Below, one piece after another: positions 1 to 9,831 of a stretch of DNA of 64,000 bases (positions are counted from its first letter, which is position 1; every line of letters begins with the position of its first letter). The notes below the pieces were generated by a model. The model was not told the origin of the DNA and ran no database searches. It saw only the letters and a program-made list of their open reading frames with translations. The translations under genes were made by a program, and so were the position numbers. The DNA is from Sulfidibacter corallicola (lineage in GTDB: Bacteria > Acidobacteriota > Holophagae > Acanthopleuribacterales > Acanthopleuribacteraceae). The stretch spans positions 7,308,256 to 7,372,255 of the forward strand of contig NZ_CP071793.1 of NCBI RefSeq assembly GCF_017498545.1. Direction: 5' to 3'.

Positions 1-3000
1 ACGCCCGTCACCGTCGATGCGGTGCTGCGCGACGATCTGGTGCGCCGGTTGGATGGCGAACCGGGCATCGCCGATGCGGCCATCGCGTTGATGTGCGACG
101 GCGAGGAACGGACCCGGGCACTGGCCTACGTGGTGCCCAACGGGGCCTTGGACCTGCAGGCCCTGCGGACTCGGTGGCTCGAGGCCAATCCCGAATTGCG
201 TGAATTTCTGGGAGCGATCGTGCCGGTGACCGCGATTCCCCTGACCGCGGAGGGTCGGGTGGATCTGGGCGCCCTGCGCGGCATGGCCCATTGGGAAGCG
301 TGCGACTTGGATCACTGGCAAGGCCAGGCCGCCAAGATCGACGGTGTGCGTGACGCGGCCGTGGTGATTGCCGAGGAGCGTCCCAAGTTGGCGCGCCTCC
401 ACCTGGACGATCTGCTGCCCTCCGAGGCGCGTCGCCAGGCCGAGGCAGCCCAATCTGCGACGCCCGAACGGGACGGGGCGGAAGCGGGCGAGGGTGCCGC
501 GCGCGAGTTGGCACTGGCCGACGGCGGCCCTCTGCAGCTCGAAGGCGACGAGCCCGCCACTTTGTCCGCCGCCTTTTTGCGGACGGCGCGGCTACACGGC
601 GAACAAGCCATCATCCACGCCTTCTCCGACGGCACCGAATCCGTGCAGAGCTATCGTTCGCTGTTCGACGAGGCCTGCCGCGTGCTGGGTGGCCTACAGG
701 CCCAAGGGCTGGGTCCCAAGGATCGCGTGGTGCTGCAGATCGTCGATCCTCCTCGTTATTTCGCCACCTTCTGGGCCTGCATTCTTGGCGGTATCCAACC
801 GGTGACGGTGGCCATCCCGCCGGCCTACACCAAGGACCACGCCTTGGTGCAGAAGCTCCACAACGCCTGGCTGTTGCTGGCGCGGCCGACGATTCTTGCT
901 TCGGCCGGCCTGGTCGAGCCCTTGGACGCGCTGCGCGATCAATTCGACATGGCCGACCTGGCCGTGATCGACGTGGACGCCCTGGCCGATCACGCGCCCA
1001 GCGAGCGCTTCCACGAGCCCGCCCCCGACGACACCGCCTTTTTCCAGTTGACCTCGGGCAGTACCGGCACGCCCAAGTGCATCCAGGAGCGCCACAAGAG
1101 CATCGTGGCTCACATTCTCGGTTCCAAGCAGCACAATCGCTACGTGCCCGGCGATCGCTTCATGAACTGGCTGCCCATGGACCACATCGGCTCCATTCTC
1201 AAGTACCACACCGGCGTGCTCTACGGCGGCTACACCCAGGTCCAGGCCGCCACCGACCTGGTTCTCACGGATCCGCTCCAGTGGCTCGATCTCATGGCGC
1301 GCCACAAGGTCACCCACAGTTGGTCGGCCAATTTCGGGTTCAAACTGGTGGTGACGCACCTGCGCAACCATCCAGAGCGGACCTGGGACCTGGCCCATCT
1401 CAAGTTCCTGCTCAACGCCGGCGAACAAGTCACCATGCCGGTCCTGCGCGATTTCCTGGAGTTGGTCGCCCCTTTCGGCATCGGACCCAAGGTGTTCCAG
1501 CCGGCGTTCGGCATGGCCGAAACCTGCACCGGCATCAGTTACCAGACCGATTTCGCGCTGGATTCCGGCGTGGCCCGCGTGGATAAAGGTTCCCTGGGCG
1601 GTGCCCTGCGCTTCCACGACCCTCGGGCGGACGAGGATCCCGCGACGATCGCCCACTTCGTGTCGCTCGGTCCGCCGATTCCCGGCGTCAAGCTGCGCAT
1701 CGTCGACAACGACGGGGCGCTGGTGCCCGAGGGCGTGATCGGGCGTTTTCAGGTCCTCGGCGACATGGTGCATCCCGGCTACCTCAACAACGAGGAAGCC
1801 AACCGCGAGGCCTTCCTGGGCGACGGCTGGTTCAATACCGGTGACCTGGGGTTCATTCGCGACAAGCAGTTGTTCATTACGGGTCGCGAAAAAGAAACGA
1901 TCGTCATCAACGGTGCCAATTTCTATTGCTATGAGATCGAGGAGTTGGTGAACGACGTGGACGGGGTGGAACCGACCTTTTCCGGTGCCTCTGCCGTGGT
2001 GGTCCCGCCCAACGACCAGGAGGAACTGGCGATTTTCTTCGTACCCGAGCCCGGCTGCGAGGATTTTGGCCTCGTGGAGCGGATTCGGGCCAAGGTGGCC
2101 GCGGCGATGGGCTTGTCGGCGACCTACGTGGTGCCGATGACACGCGACGATTTCCCCAAGACCACCAGCGGCAAGATCCAACGCGGGCAATTGCGCAAGC
2201 GCTTCGAAAGCGGCGCTTTCGCGGATATCCTCAAGCAGGTCGACCTGCATCTGGGCAATGCCCGAACCCTGCCCAACTGGTTCTATCGGCCCCTGTGGCG
2301 GCGCGACGATCGGCTCGGCCCGGTCGCTGCCGACGGGCGGACCTTGGCCCTGTTTCACGACGGCGACGAGGCGGGTCGTCGCCTGGAATCGATGGATTTC
2401 GGCTTCGACCGGACCCTGGTCGTCGTCAGCGGTTCCCATTTCGAGCGAATCGACGCGTACCGCTTCCAGGTGGACCCCGCCGATCCGGCGCAATGGGCCG
2501 AATTGTTCGACCAATTGCATGCGGACCATTTGGTCCCCGATAAAATGTGCTGCGCCTGGTTGCTGGGTGATCATTCGTTGGATCGGCGTGTCGCGCGGTG
2601 GTTGCCGCTGCTGCAAACCCTGGGGCGGCGCGCGGAGCCCCGGTCGCTGCACCTTCAGTGGTTGTCGCTGGGGGCCCAGGCCGTTCTTGCCGGCGAGAGT
2701 GGCGATCCCGACAGCGCCGCCATCCGCAGCCTGCTCGCGACCGCGGCCGGCGAGGTCTCCGAATTGACGGCCAGTTCGGTGGATGTGGACCGCCTGGATG
2801 GCGATGGCATGGTCTCGGTGGTGGCGGAAGTATCGCGCGGTGAGGTCCGCGATGTGGCCTGGCGCGACGGAATGCGTTACAGCTTGACCTTGTCCCACGC
2901 GGCGCCGAACACGATGAAGCGGCGTCCCCTGCCGCTCCGCCCGAACGCGATGGTGCTGGTGAGCGGTGGTCTGGGCGGTATCGGGACCCGATTGGCGAAC

Positions 3001-5355
3001 TTCCTGGTCGAGCGCCTTGGCCTCAGGCTGCTGCTGATCGGGCGAACGCCGCTGGAGGCACTCTCCGACGAACGGCGCCAGGACTGGGCGGTCCTGAGTG
3101 GTCGATCCCAAACGGTGGCCTACGAGGCCGTCGACATCACCGATCGCGACGTCCTGGCCGACGCCGTGGCCCGCTGGGAACGGATCTGGTCGTGCCGGCT
3201 CGACGCCGTGTTCCACCTCGCCGGTGCCTCCGGTGAGTGTCCGCTCGCGGAAGAGACTCCCGCCCATTTTCAGGCGACGCTGGCCGCCAAGGTGCAGGGC
3301 GCACGGGTGCTCCACGACCTGCTTCGCGATCGGCCCGAAGCTCTTTGGGTCGCGTTCAGTTCCGTCAACGGTCATTTCGGCGGCAATCGCTACGGGGCCT
3401 ATGCCACCGCCTGTGGGTTCCTCGACGCCTTCGCGGCCTGGCGCCGCGCCCAGGGTTTCGCCAACAGCCATACCCTGGCCTGGACCCAGTGGCACGAGTT
3501 GGGGATGAGTGCCGGTTTCCGTTTCACCGAGGCCGCGCGTGCGCGCGGTTTCCTTCCGTTGGATCCCGAAGAGGGCATGCACTCGCTCCTGGCGGCCTTG
3601 TGCCGCGAGCCGGGCTTGCAGTTGATCGGTCTCGATCACGGCAATCCGCAGCTCGGTGGCGCGGTCGCCGCACCGATTCGTGCCCTGCAAACGGTGCGGG
3701 GGTTCTACGAAGGCGATGCCGCGGCAATGATGACCCTGAATCGCCTATACGTCTGCAACGCTTTCGGTTCGCCGGTGCCCTGCACCTGGCGCAGGGTGGA
3801 GACGCTGACGCGCGATGCCGAGGGCCTGCCCGATGTGGCCCACCTCATGGCCCTGGATCGGGAAGGGGCCCAGAAGCAGGCCTACCTGGCGCCGCGCACC
3901 GATCTGGAGAAGGAACTCGCCGCGATCTGGCAAGAGCTGCTGCAAGTGGCCAAGGTCGGCGTGCACGACCACTTCTTCGAGCTGGGTGGCCATTCGATCA
4001 CGGCGACCCAGTTGGTACTGCGAATTCGCAAGGCGCTCGGTCTGGAGATGAGCATCCAGCAGTTGTTCGACGCGCCGACCGTCGCCCAACTGGCCGTGGT
4101 ATTGGGTGGCGAACCGATAGAGACGCACGACGGAGAGCGCGTCGTCGCTGCGCCGTTCGAGTCCGACCTGCAGCTCGATCCGACCATCACCGCGGAAGGT
4201 TGCGAGGGGGCGTCCGAACAACCGCGTCGCCTTTTGCTCACCGGAGCCACCGGGTTCGTGGGCGCCTTCCTGCTGGATCGACTGCTGCGCGAGCCGGATG
4301 TGGACCTGTGGTGTCCCGTTCGGGCCACCGACCCAGCGGCCGCCCGGGCCCGTCTCGACGAAAGCCTGGCGCGCTACCGCATCGACTTGGGCGCGCGGCG
4401 CGCGCGGGTCCACGTGGTGGTCGGCGATCTGGAGCAACCGCGATTGGGTCTGTCCGAGGCGGCATGGACCGAGCTGGCCGAGAACCTCGATGCGATCTAC
4501 CACAACGGCGCGCGTGTCAACTTCGTGCTGCCCTACAGCGCCTTACGCGCGGCCAATGTGACCGGAACGGTCGAGATCCTGCGCCTGGCCACCACCATTC
4601 GCCTCAAGCCCGTGCACTACGTGTCCACCCTGAGTGCGATTCCCGCCGAACTCCACGCGGATCGGCCCTTCCCCGAGGAGGGCGAAGCCCGTGCCGCTCA
4701 CGGCGACATGAACGGCTACGAGCGATCCAAGTGGGTGGCCGAGGCCCTGGTCGGCCAGTCCATGTCGCGCGGCCTGCCCGCCACGATCCTGCGTCTGGGC
4801 CGGGTCAGCGGCCACTCCGTCAGTGGTGCTTGCGCCAGCGACGACATGATGGTGCGCCTGATCCAGGGATCGGTCATGGCCGGTGTGGCGCCGCGCGTGC
4901 CGCTCTCGTTGCAGATGGCGCCGGTCGATTTCATCTGCGGTGCGATGGTCGCCTTGACCCGCGACGACACCTGTTTCGGCAAGGCGTTCCACCTTTTCAA
5001 CCGGCACGGCGCCGACCTGGACACCTTGTTCGACGTGGCGCGCGAAGCGGGCTTCGCCATCGAAAAGGTGGCGCCGGATCGTTGGCGCGAGCGGGTCGTC
5101 GCCCTGGCCGCCGCCTCGCCCGACAATCCCCTGTTCCCGCTGCTGGCCTCGCTGGTGCCCGGCGAGAGCGCCGGTGGGGGCACGGATCGGACGGGTGGGA
5201 ACGCACCCTCGGGCGAGCCCTACGCCGACACCCGAACCCGCGCGGCCCTGGCGGCCGCGGGCATCACTTATCCGCCCGTCGACGCCGATTTGCTTCGGGC
5301 CTATTTCCGTTATTTCCGCGAGGCCGGGTTGTTGATCCCGCCGAACGCAACCTGA
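1..5355 (+). CDS. NRPS/PKS-like megasynthase, 5' partial. The first ~110 aa resemble the C-terminal subdomain of an adenylation domain. Then come a FAAL-type AMP-binding domain, a ketoreductase (SDR), a PCP/thiolation domain and a terminal thioester reductase (R) domain.
   Basis: Frame 1 is open from base 1, so the ORF probably continues upstream of the window. Motifs seen in the translation: TSGSTGTPKC (AMP-binding core); GWFNTGDLGF...GREKETIVINGANFYCYEIE (FAAL-like); VLVSGGLGGIGTRLANFL (KR Rossmann fold); FFELGGHSITATQL (phosphopantetheine attachment Ser); LLTGATGFVGAFLLDRLL (R-domain NAD(P) binding). Third codon positions are strongly G/C-biased. Confidence 0.8.
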   Translation, partial: TPVTVDAVLRDDLVRRLDGEPGIADAAIALMCDGEERTRALAYVVPNGALDLQALRTRWLEANPELREFLGAIVPVTAIPLTAEGRVDLGALRGMAHWEACDLDHWQGQAAKIDGVRDAAVVIAEERPKLARLHLDDLLPSEARRQAEAAQSATPERDGAEAGEGAARELALADGGPLQLEGDEPATLSAAFLRTARLHGEQAIIHAFSDGTESVQSYRSLFDEACRVLGGLQAQGLGPKDRVVLQIVDPPRYFATFWACILGGIQPVTVAIPPAYTKDHALVQKLHNAWLLLARPTILASAGLVEPLDALRDQFDMADLAVIDVDALADHAPSERFHEPAPDDTAFFQLTSGSTGTPKCIQERHKSIVAHILGSKQHNRYVPGDRFMNWLPMDHIGSILKYHTGVLYGGYTQVQAATDLVLTDPLQWLDLMARHKVTHSWSANFGFKLVVTHLRNHPERTWDLAHLKFLLNAGEQVTMPVLRDFLELVAPFGIGPKVFQPAFGMAETCTGISYQTDFALDSGVARVDKGSLGGALRFHDPRADEDPATIAHFVSLGPPIPGVKLRIVDNDGALVPEGVIGRFQVLGDMVHPGYLNNEEANREAFLGDGWFNTGDLGFIRDKQLFITGREKETIVINGANFYCYEIEELVNDVDGVEPTFSGASAVVVPPNDQEELAIFFVPEPGCEDFGLVERIRAKVAAAMGLSATYVVPMTRDDFPKTTSGKIQRGQLRKRFESGAFADILKQVDLHLGNARTLPNWFYRPLWRRDDRLGPVAADGRTLALFHDGDEAGRRLESMDFGFDRTLVVVSGSHFERIDAYRFQVDPADPAQWAELFDQLHADHLVPDKMCCAWLLGDHSLDRRVARWLPLLQTLGRRAEPRSLHLQWLSLGAQAVLAGESGDPDSAAIRSLLATAAGEVSELTASSVDVDRLDGDGMVSVVAEVSRGEVRDVAWRDGMRYSLTLSHAAPNTMKRRPLPLRPNAMVLVSGGLGGIGTRLANFLVERLGLRLLLIGRTPLEALSDERRQDWAVLSGRSQTVAYEAVDITDRDVLADAVARWERIWSCRLDAVFHLAGASGECPLAEETPAHFQATLAAKVQGARVLHDLLRDRPEALWVAFSSVNGHFGGNRYGAYATACGFLDAFAAWRRAQGFANSHTLAWTQWHELGMSAGFRFTEAARARGFLPLDPEEGMHSLLAALCREPGLQLIGLDHGNPQLGGAVAAPIRALQTVRGFYEGDAAAMMTLNRLYVCNAFGSPVPCTWRRVETLTRDAEGLPDVAHLMALDREGAQKQAYLAPRTDLEKELAAIWQELLQVAKVGVHDHFFELGGHSITATQLVLRIRKALGLEMSIQQLFDAPTVAQLAVVLGGEPIETHDGERVVAAPFESDLQLDPTITAEGCEGASEQPRRLLLTGATGFVGAFLLDRLLREPDVDLWCPVRATDPAAARARLDESLARYRIDLGARRARVHVVVGDLEQPRLGLSEAAWTELAENLDAIYHNGARVNFVLPYSALRAANVTGTVEILRLATTIRLKPVHYVSTLSAIPAELHADRPFPEEGEARAAHGDMNGYERSKWVAEALVGQSMSRGLPATILRLGRVSGHSVSGACASDDMMVRLIQGSVMAGVAPRVPLSLQMAPVDFICGAMVALTRDDTCFGKAFHLFNRHGADLDTLFDVAREAGFAIEKVAPDRWRERVVALAAASPDNPLFPLLASLVPGESAGGGTDRTGGNAPSGEPYADTRTRAALAAAGITYPPVDADLLRAYFRYFREAGLLIPPNAT

Positions 5356-5434
5356 ACCGTCCATCAACGATACGAGGCCGAACCCGCCTCGCGAAAGCGC
5401 CCGACGGGCGTGTTTCATCAGGGAGTGACCGCTC

Positions 5435-6850
5435 ATGCACCACATCGAAGAACCCCAGATCGCCCAAGAGCTCGACGAGCGCGTGCTGGACTACCACCGC
5501 GAACTCTGCCCGGCGAGCGCCGATTACATCCAATTCATGTGTGCCGACCCGGCGCGGCTCGACGGCCGCCGCTACCGCATCGCACGCTACGAGGACCAAC
5601 TGGCGCACCTGGTGCTCCAGTTCTGGCCGACCTTGGTGGGGAGCCGGTTCCGCGATCGATTGGCGCACGTGTCGACCGGTTTGAAGAAGTTGTTCTGTGC
5701 GGTGCCGGAGCGGGTGTTTCAGATGGATGCGACCCGAATCTCGGACTATTTCCGCGAGAACCCGGACTTCGTGCGGGACATGGTGTTGCCGGGCATGAAA
5801 CAGGTCGATGGCGTGGTCGCGAGAGGTGATTTCCTCGATACCGAGGACGGATTGAAGTGCATCGAAATAAACCTGGGCGGGAACCTCGGTGGATTCGACG
5901 GCCGCATCATGGCCAACGCCTTTCTGCGGGACCCCCTGTTCCTCCAGTTCTGCCGTGAGTACGGCCACCGGCTCGAGTTCCGCGATCCGGTGATGTTGGC
6001 GGCGCGTCATATTCTCGAGGACACGCGGGCCCGGATCCCGCTTCACGACCGCGAGCTGAACATCTGTGCCTATTCCGCCGACTACAGTCCGGCCTTGGGC
6101 ATGCTGTACGACCAAATGTTGAACGAGCCCTATCAACGTCTGCTGAAGGCTCTTCCCGGCAACTGGAAAGGTAGCTTCCGGACGGCCGAATACCGCAACC
6201 TGCGCCATCAGGACGGCGCGCTCCATTTGGGAAGCATGCGCATCCACGCGGCCTGGGAGTTCACCGACACGATGGTCACGCCGTCGGTCGTGTTCGAGAA
6301 CTTCCTGAGAGGGCGCAACACCCTGTACAACGGGCCGGCGGGCATGCTGCTCTCCAACAAGTTCAACATCGCCGCGTTGTCGGAGAACGAGCACGGCACC
6401 ATGTTCGACGAGGCCGAGCGGACCTTGATCCAGAATCACATACCCTGGACGCGTAAGGTCAAGAAGGGCGCGAGCAGCTACCGCGGCGAGCCGATCGATT
6501 TACCCGCGTTCATCGGCGCGCGGCGCGAGTCGTTCGTGTTGAAGCCGGTGGCCGAGCACAGCGCCAAGGGTGTGACGGTGGGGCGGTTCAGCACGACGGA
6601 CACGTGGGCGACCACGTTGCGGAAGGCCTTGGACGAAGGCAACTGGATCGTGCAGGAGACGGTGACGCCGCGGCAACTCTACTACTATCACGAGGGGACC
6701 TGCATTCCCCACGCGGTCAACTGGGGTCCCTTCATCTTCGGCGGCACCTTCGGCGGCATGTTCATGCGGGTCCAGCCGGCGATGTTCGACAAGCCGATTT
6801 CGCGCGGGTGCGGCGCTTCGGAAGGGATCATGTTCGAGGTGGCCGAGTGA
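5435..6850 (+). CDS. ATP-grasp-like ligase family protein (circularly-permuted ATP-grasp / GSP-synthase-like), function unknown. Probably co-transcribed with the megasynthase.
   Basis: ATG at 5435, only 80 bp after the megasynthase stop and on the same strand. The C-terminal segment FVLKPVAEHSAKGVTVGRF...WIVQETV resembles the ATP-grasp nucleotide-binding core. Coding-type GC3 bias. Confidence 0.4.
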   Translation: MHHIEEPQIAQELDERVLDYHRELCPASADYIQFMCADPARLDGRRYRIARYEDQLAHLVLQFWPTLVGSRFRDRLAHVSTGLKKLFCAVPERVFQMDATRISDYFRENPDFVRDMVLPGMKQVDGVVARGDFLDTEDGLKCIEINLGGNLGGFDGRIMANAFLRDPLFLQFCREYGHRLEFRDPVMLAARHILEDTRARIPLHDRELNICAYSADYSPALGMLYDQMLNEPYQRLLKALPGNWKGSFRTAEYRNLRHQDGALHLGSMRIHAAWEFTDTMVTPSVVFENFLRGRNTLYNGPAGMLLSNKFNIAALSENEHGTMFDEAERTLIQNHIPWTRKVKKGASSYRGEPIDLPAFIGARRESFVLKPVAEHSAKGVTVGRFSTTDTWATTLRKALDEGNWIVQETVTPRQLYYYHEGTCIPHAVNWGPFIFGGTFGGMFMRVQPAMFDKPISRGCGASEGIMFEVAE

Positions 6851-7545
6851 GTCCACAAAAACTGTCCACTAAAAACACGAAAAAACACGAAAAAGCAGAT
6901 CCCGGCAGGGTCGGTTCCTTCCCGCGGTGGACTGCGAACGACCTATGTTTTTTGTCCACGAATCACACGGACTGACACGGATAAATAGGACCCATGGACG
7001 CCACACGGCAGATACTCTGGGGAGAGTCTGAACTTAAAATCAAACGTATCAAGTGCTTATGCAGATTTAGTTGTCATTTTGAATTATATGGGTTTGTGTT
7101 CCGTTCCGTGGCCAACAAAGCAATCGGCCTCGAACGGAATGACTGTGTTTGTATTCGTGTGGATCTGTGTGATCCGTGGACAAGTCGTCAACTGCCGTGC
7201 GTGACGAGTCGGCAGGCAGGAACCAAACCCGTCGGCCCTTTGGGCAAGGTTCAAGTAATCAGATCTAACATACTGAAAAACAACAGAATGGGTTCCGGAA
7301 ATCCATCGAGAAAGCCATCGCCTCACTGGGCAGGCCATGCAGGAAGTTACCATTTTGTGTTTTTGTCCACGAAAGACACGAAAAGACACGAAAAACCTCA
7401 TGAGTAGCTTCCTAGATCTCAGAGGTAACCTACTGAGAAACAACAGAACAGACTCCAGAAATCCATCGAGAAAGCCATCGCCTCACTGGGCAGGCAATGC
7501 AGGAAGTATCCATTTCGTGTTTTTTCGTGTTTTTAGTGGACAAAA
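6851..7545. repeat. Low-GC noncoding element bounded by 22-bp inverted repeats (TGTCCACTAAAAACACGAAAAA at 6863-6884, and its reverse complement at 7521-7542). It contains a tandem duplication of a ~110-160 bp unit (7261-7420 and 7415-7546) and three copies of a phased 10-bp dimer, ACACGAAAA(A/G)ACACGAAAAA.
   Basis: Direct reading. The unit CAACAGAA..CCGGAAATCCATCGAGAAAGCCATCGCCTCACTGGGCAGGC(C/A)ATGCAGGAAGT occurs twice. GTCCAC/GTGGAC motifs recur throughout. GC is far below the flanking genes. Confidence 0.7.
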
Positions 7546-7574
7546 AACGCGCGCCCCTTGCGAGGCGCGCGTCG
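7541..7574 (-). terminator. Intrinsic terminator for the metalloprotease gene (GC hairpin ACGCGCGCCCC..GAGGCGCGCGT followed by a T-run on the minus strand)
   Basis: Perfect 10-11 bp GC stem with a 5-nt loop. AAAAAA at 7542-7547 is T6 on the minus strand, immediately 3' of the stop at 7597. Confidence 0.6.
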
Positions 7575-7596
7575 ATTCATCCGATCGTGACCGGGA

Positions 7597-9831
7597 TTAT
7601 TCGTAGTTCGCTTCCAGCGTCAAACCGGAGTAGGAGCGGTAGGCGCGGATGCTGAGGTACCAGGTACCGGCAGTGGGGTTGGTGAACTCGCACTGCTCGT
7701 TGTTGCCGTTGCGGTAGGGACGACAGTCGTAGCTGCTGGTGGTGGGTTGCTGGCCGTATCTCACGTAGAGATCGGCGTCGCCGCTGCCGCCCGAAATGCT
7801 GACGACCAGGCTGCTGGCGCACTCGGGCACTTCGAAGCGGTAGTGTTCCCAGCTACCGCGGCTGTCACTGATGTTGGACACGGAGCCGCCATCGGCGCAG
7901 TCACCGCCGGTGTCTTCGTCGAAAGAGGCCGTCAGGGTCAGGCCAGCGAACGAGCTGTAGGCGTAGATGCCCACGTGCCAGACGCCGGAATCGGGGGTGT
8001 CGAAAGTGCAGGTCTCGTTGCTGGAAGACGACCAGGAACGGCAGTCGAACTGGCTGCGGCTGGGCTCGCTGCCGCGGCGGATGTACATGTCCGCATCGGG
8101 ATCGTTGCCGCGCAGGGCGAACGTCAGGTTGGTGGCACCGGCGGGAACTTGGATGGTGTAGCGCAGCCAGGTTCCGGTGCCGGCGCTCAGGCCGCTGACG
8201 GGCACGCCGTTCTGCAGCTCGTCGCCGCCACCGCCGCCGCCGTCGGTGACGGTGACGCTCGCGGAGTGCGTATCGCTGGCACCGTCGTCGTCGGTGACCG
8301 TCAGGGTCACGGTGTAGGTGCCCGCCGAAGCGTAGGTGTGGTTGGGGTTGGTGGCGCTGGAAGTGCCGCCGTCGCCGAAGTTCCAGGAACGGGAGGCGAT
8401 GGTGCCGTCCGAATCGGAGCTGGTGTCGGTGAAGCTGGCGGTCAGGCCGCTGGTGGCGCTGGTGAAGCCGGCCGAGGGCGGGTTGTTTTCGCCGCCACCG
8501 CCGCAGGTGGTGAGGCAGGAGGCGCCGCTGACGCGATTGCGGATCAGGTTGCCGGGAACCGGGCCGAAGCCGGTGGTCAGGTCGATGCCGGCCGAGGTGA
8601 GGTGGCAGTAGCTCATGACGGTGCCGCCGGAAGAGGGCGGTGCCGGACCGGGCGAGCAGTTGCCTTCGGGGGTGTAGCAGTTGTCCAGCGCACCGCCGGG
8701 CCAGGAGCAGCTATGGGTGTGGGGCGAGCCCAGGTTGTGACCCATTTCGTGGGCGACGACGCCGACGGTCCAGGAGTAGTTGGGCAGGTTGCTGTAGCTG
8801 CTGCCGATGTTGCTGTAGGCGTAGCCGTAGTTGCTGTTGCAGAGCACGTTGACCCAGGCGACGCCGCCGAGGCCGCTGCCGCCGCGTGCCAGCAGGTGGG
8901 CCAGGTCGGAGTTGTGGTTCGTGCCCTGGAACTGGTTCAGCGCCTGGGAGGAAGAGGAACGCGAGTAGCTGTCACGGGTCGTCCAGACTTTGGTTTCCTT
9001 GATGGTGGTGGTGATCTGTTCGTTTTGGTAGATGGCCGCCACCACGTTGTACATGCCGGTGACCCAGTTCAGGGTTTGGTTCACGTTGCTGCCACGCTCT
9101 TGGTACAGCGCGTAGTCGCACTCCAGGTAGACCTGGACGCAGTTGTCCACCAGGGCCGTGCGGTTCTCATTGGCGAGAATCTCGGCGACTTCCTCGTGGT
9201 AGTTGGGGCCTTCCTGGGCACCGCAGATGAAGACCTGGTTGTCGGTCAGGTCGCCCGTCTTGTAGAAGACGTGGCGGTCGACGCGCAGATCGTCGCGGTA
9301 GGGGCCGAGCACCATGTCGCCGTCTTCCGGCGTGTGAATCACGGCCATGACCTTGTCTTCGTAGAGACTGATGGCGACCATGGTGTCTTCGCGACCGTCG
9401 ACGATGCCGCGGTAGTGCACGCCATCCACGTAGTCCACGAGGGCGCCCTCGGAAGTGGTGGCCACGAAGTCGTCGCTGAGTACTTTCGCGCGTACCAGAT
9501 CGAGCGACAATTCGCGAGCCATCTTGTTTTCGGTGGCCGGCAGCGGAAGCTGCAGGCGCAGGTGTTCGGGACCCTCTTCGACGAGGGCGGCGAGCTGGTC
9601 GTGGTCCGGCGACAGCCAGCGCGCATCGGCCACGGGTGCCCGTTTACCCCAATGTAGGGGATGAGATTGATCGGAATCTGCGGAGAGGGGGGACGCGACG
9701 GGGAATTCGGTACCTGCGTCGTATTTGTGCGTCACCTTTTCGGCGACGCTGAGAAGTTCGCCCGCGGATGCGAACGGCAATTGAACGAAAAAGAAAATCG
9801 AACACACAAAACTCATGAAAGCAAGCCTCAT
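7597..9831 (-). CDS. Secreted zinc metalloprotease (metzincin, reprolysin/M12B-like) with C-terminal PKD and pre-peptidase C-terminal (PPC)-like domains
   Basis: ATG at 9831 with a GGAGGAA RBS. N-terminal signal peptide MRLAFMSFVCSIFFFVQLPFASA. HEMGHNLGSPH (HExxHxxGxxH). PKD-like segment WNFGDGGTSSATNPNHTYASAGTYTVTLTVTDDDG. Repeated C-terminal beta-domains. Confidence 0.75.
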   Translation of the reverse strand: MRLAFMSFVCSIFFFVQLPFASAGELLSVAEKVTHKYDAGTEFPVASPLSADSDQSHPLHWGKRAPVADARWLSPDHDQLAALVEEGPEHLRLQLPLPATENKMARELSLDLVRAKVLSDDFVATTSEGALVDYVDGVHYRGIVDGREDTMVAISLYEDKVMAVIHTPEDGDMVLGPYRDDLRVDRHVFYKTGDLTDNQVFICGAQEGPNYHEEVAEILANENRTALVDNCVQVYLECDYALYQERGSNVNQTLNWVTGMYNVVAAIYQNEQITTTIKETKVWTTRDSYSRSSSSQALNQFQGTNHNSDLAHLLARGGSGLGGVAWVNVLCNSNYGYAYSNIGSSYSNLPNYSWTVGVVAHEMGHNLGSPHTHSCSWPGGALDNCYTPEGNCSPGPAPPSSGGTVMSYCHLTSAGIDLTTGFGPVPGNLIRNRVSGASCLTTCGGGGENNPPSAGFTSATSGLTASFTDTSSDSDGTIASRSWNFGDGGTSSATNPNHTYASAGTYTVTLTVTDDDGASDTHSASVTVTDGGGGGGDELQNGVPVSGLSAGTGTWLRYTIQVPAGATNLTFALRGNDPDADMYIRRGSEPSRSQFDCRSWSSSSNETCTFDTPDSGVWHVGIYAYSSFAGLTLTASFDEDTGGDCADGGSVSNISDSRGSWEHYRFEVPECASSLVVSISGGSGDADLYVRYGQQPTTSSYDCRPYRNGNNEQCEFTNPTAGTWYLSIRAYRSYSGLTLEANYE

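Noticed and set aside
694-3690. 998-aa minus-strand ORF and other long antisense ORFs (3237-5684, 7747-9657, 13742-15124, 15121-16266, 31452-32576, 34713-36590, 59244-62159, 26564-27655, 41689-43785)
   Set aside because: All lie antisense or out of frame relative to genes with clear domain content. Their compositions (R/G/P/A/Q-rich) match GC-rich frame artefacts.
7261-7546. Possible CRISPR array because of repeated units
   Set aside because: There are only two copies of a long (~110-160 bp) unit and no short regularly spaced repeats or spacers. The architecture is that of a tandem duplication inside a MITE-like element.
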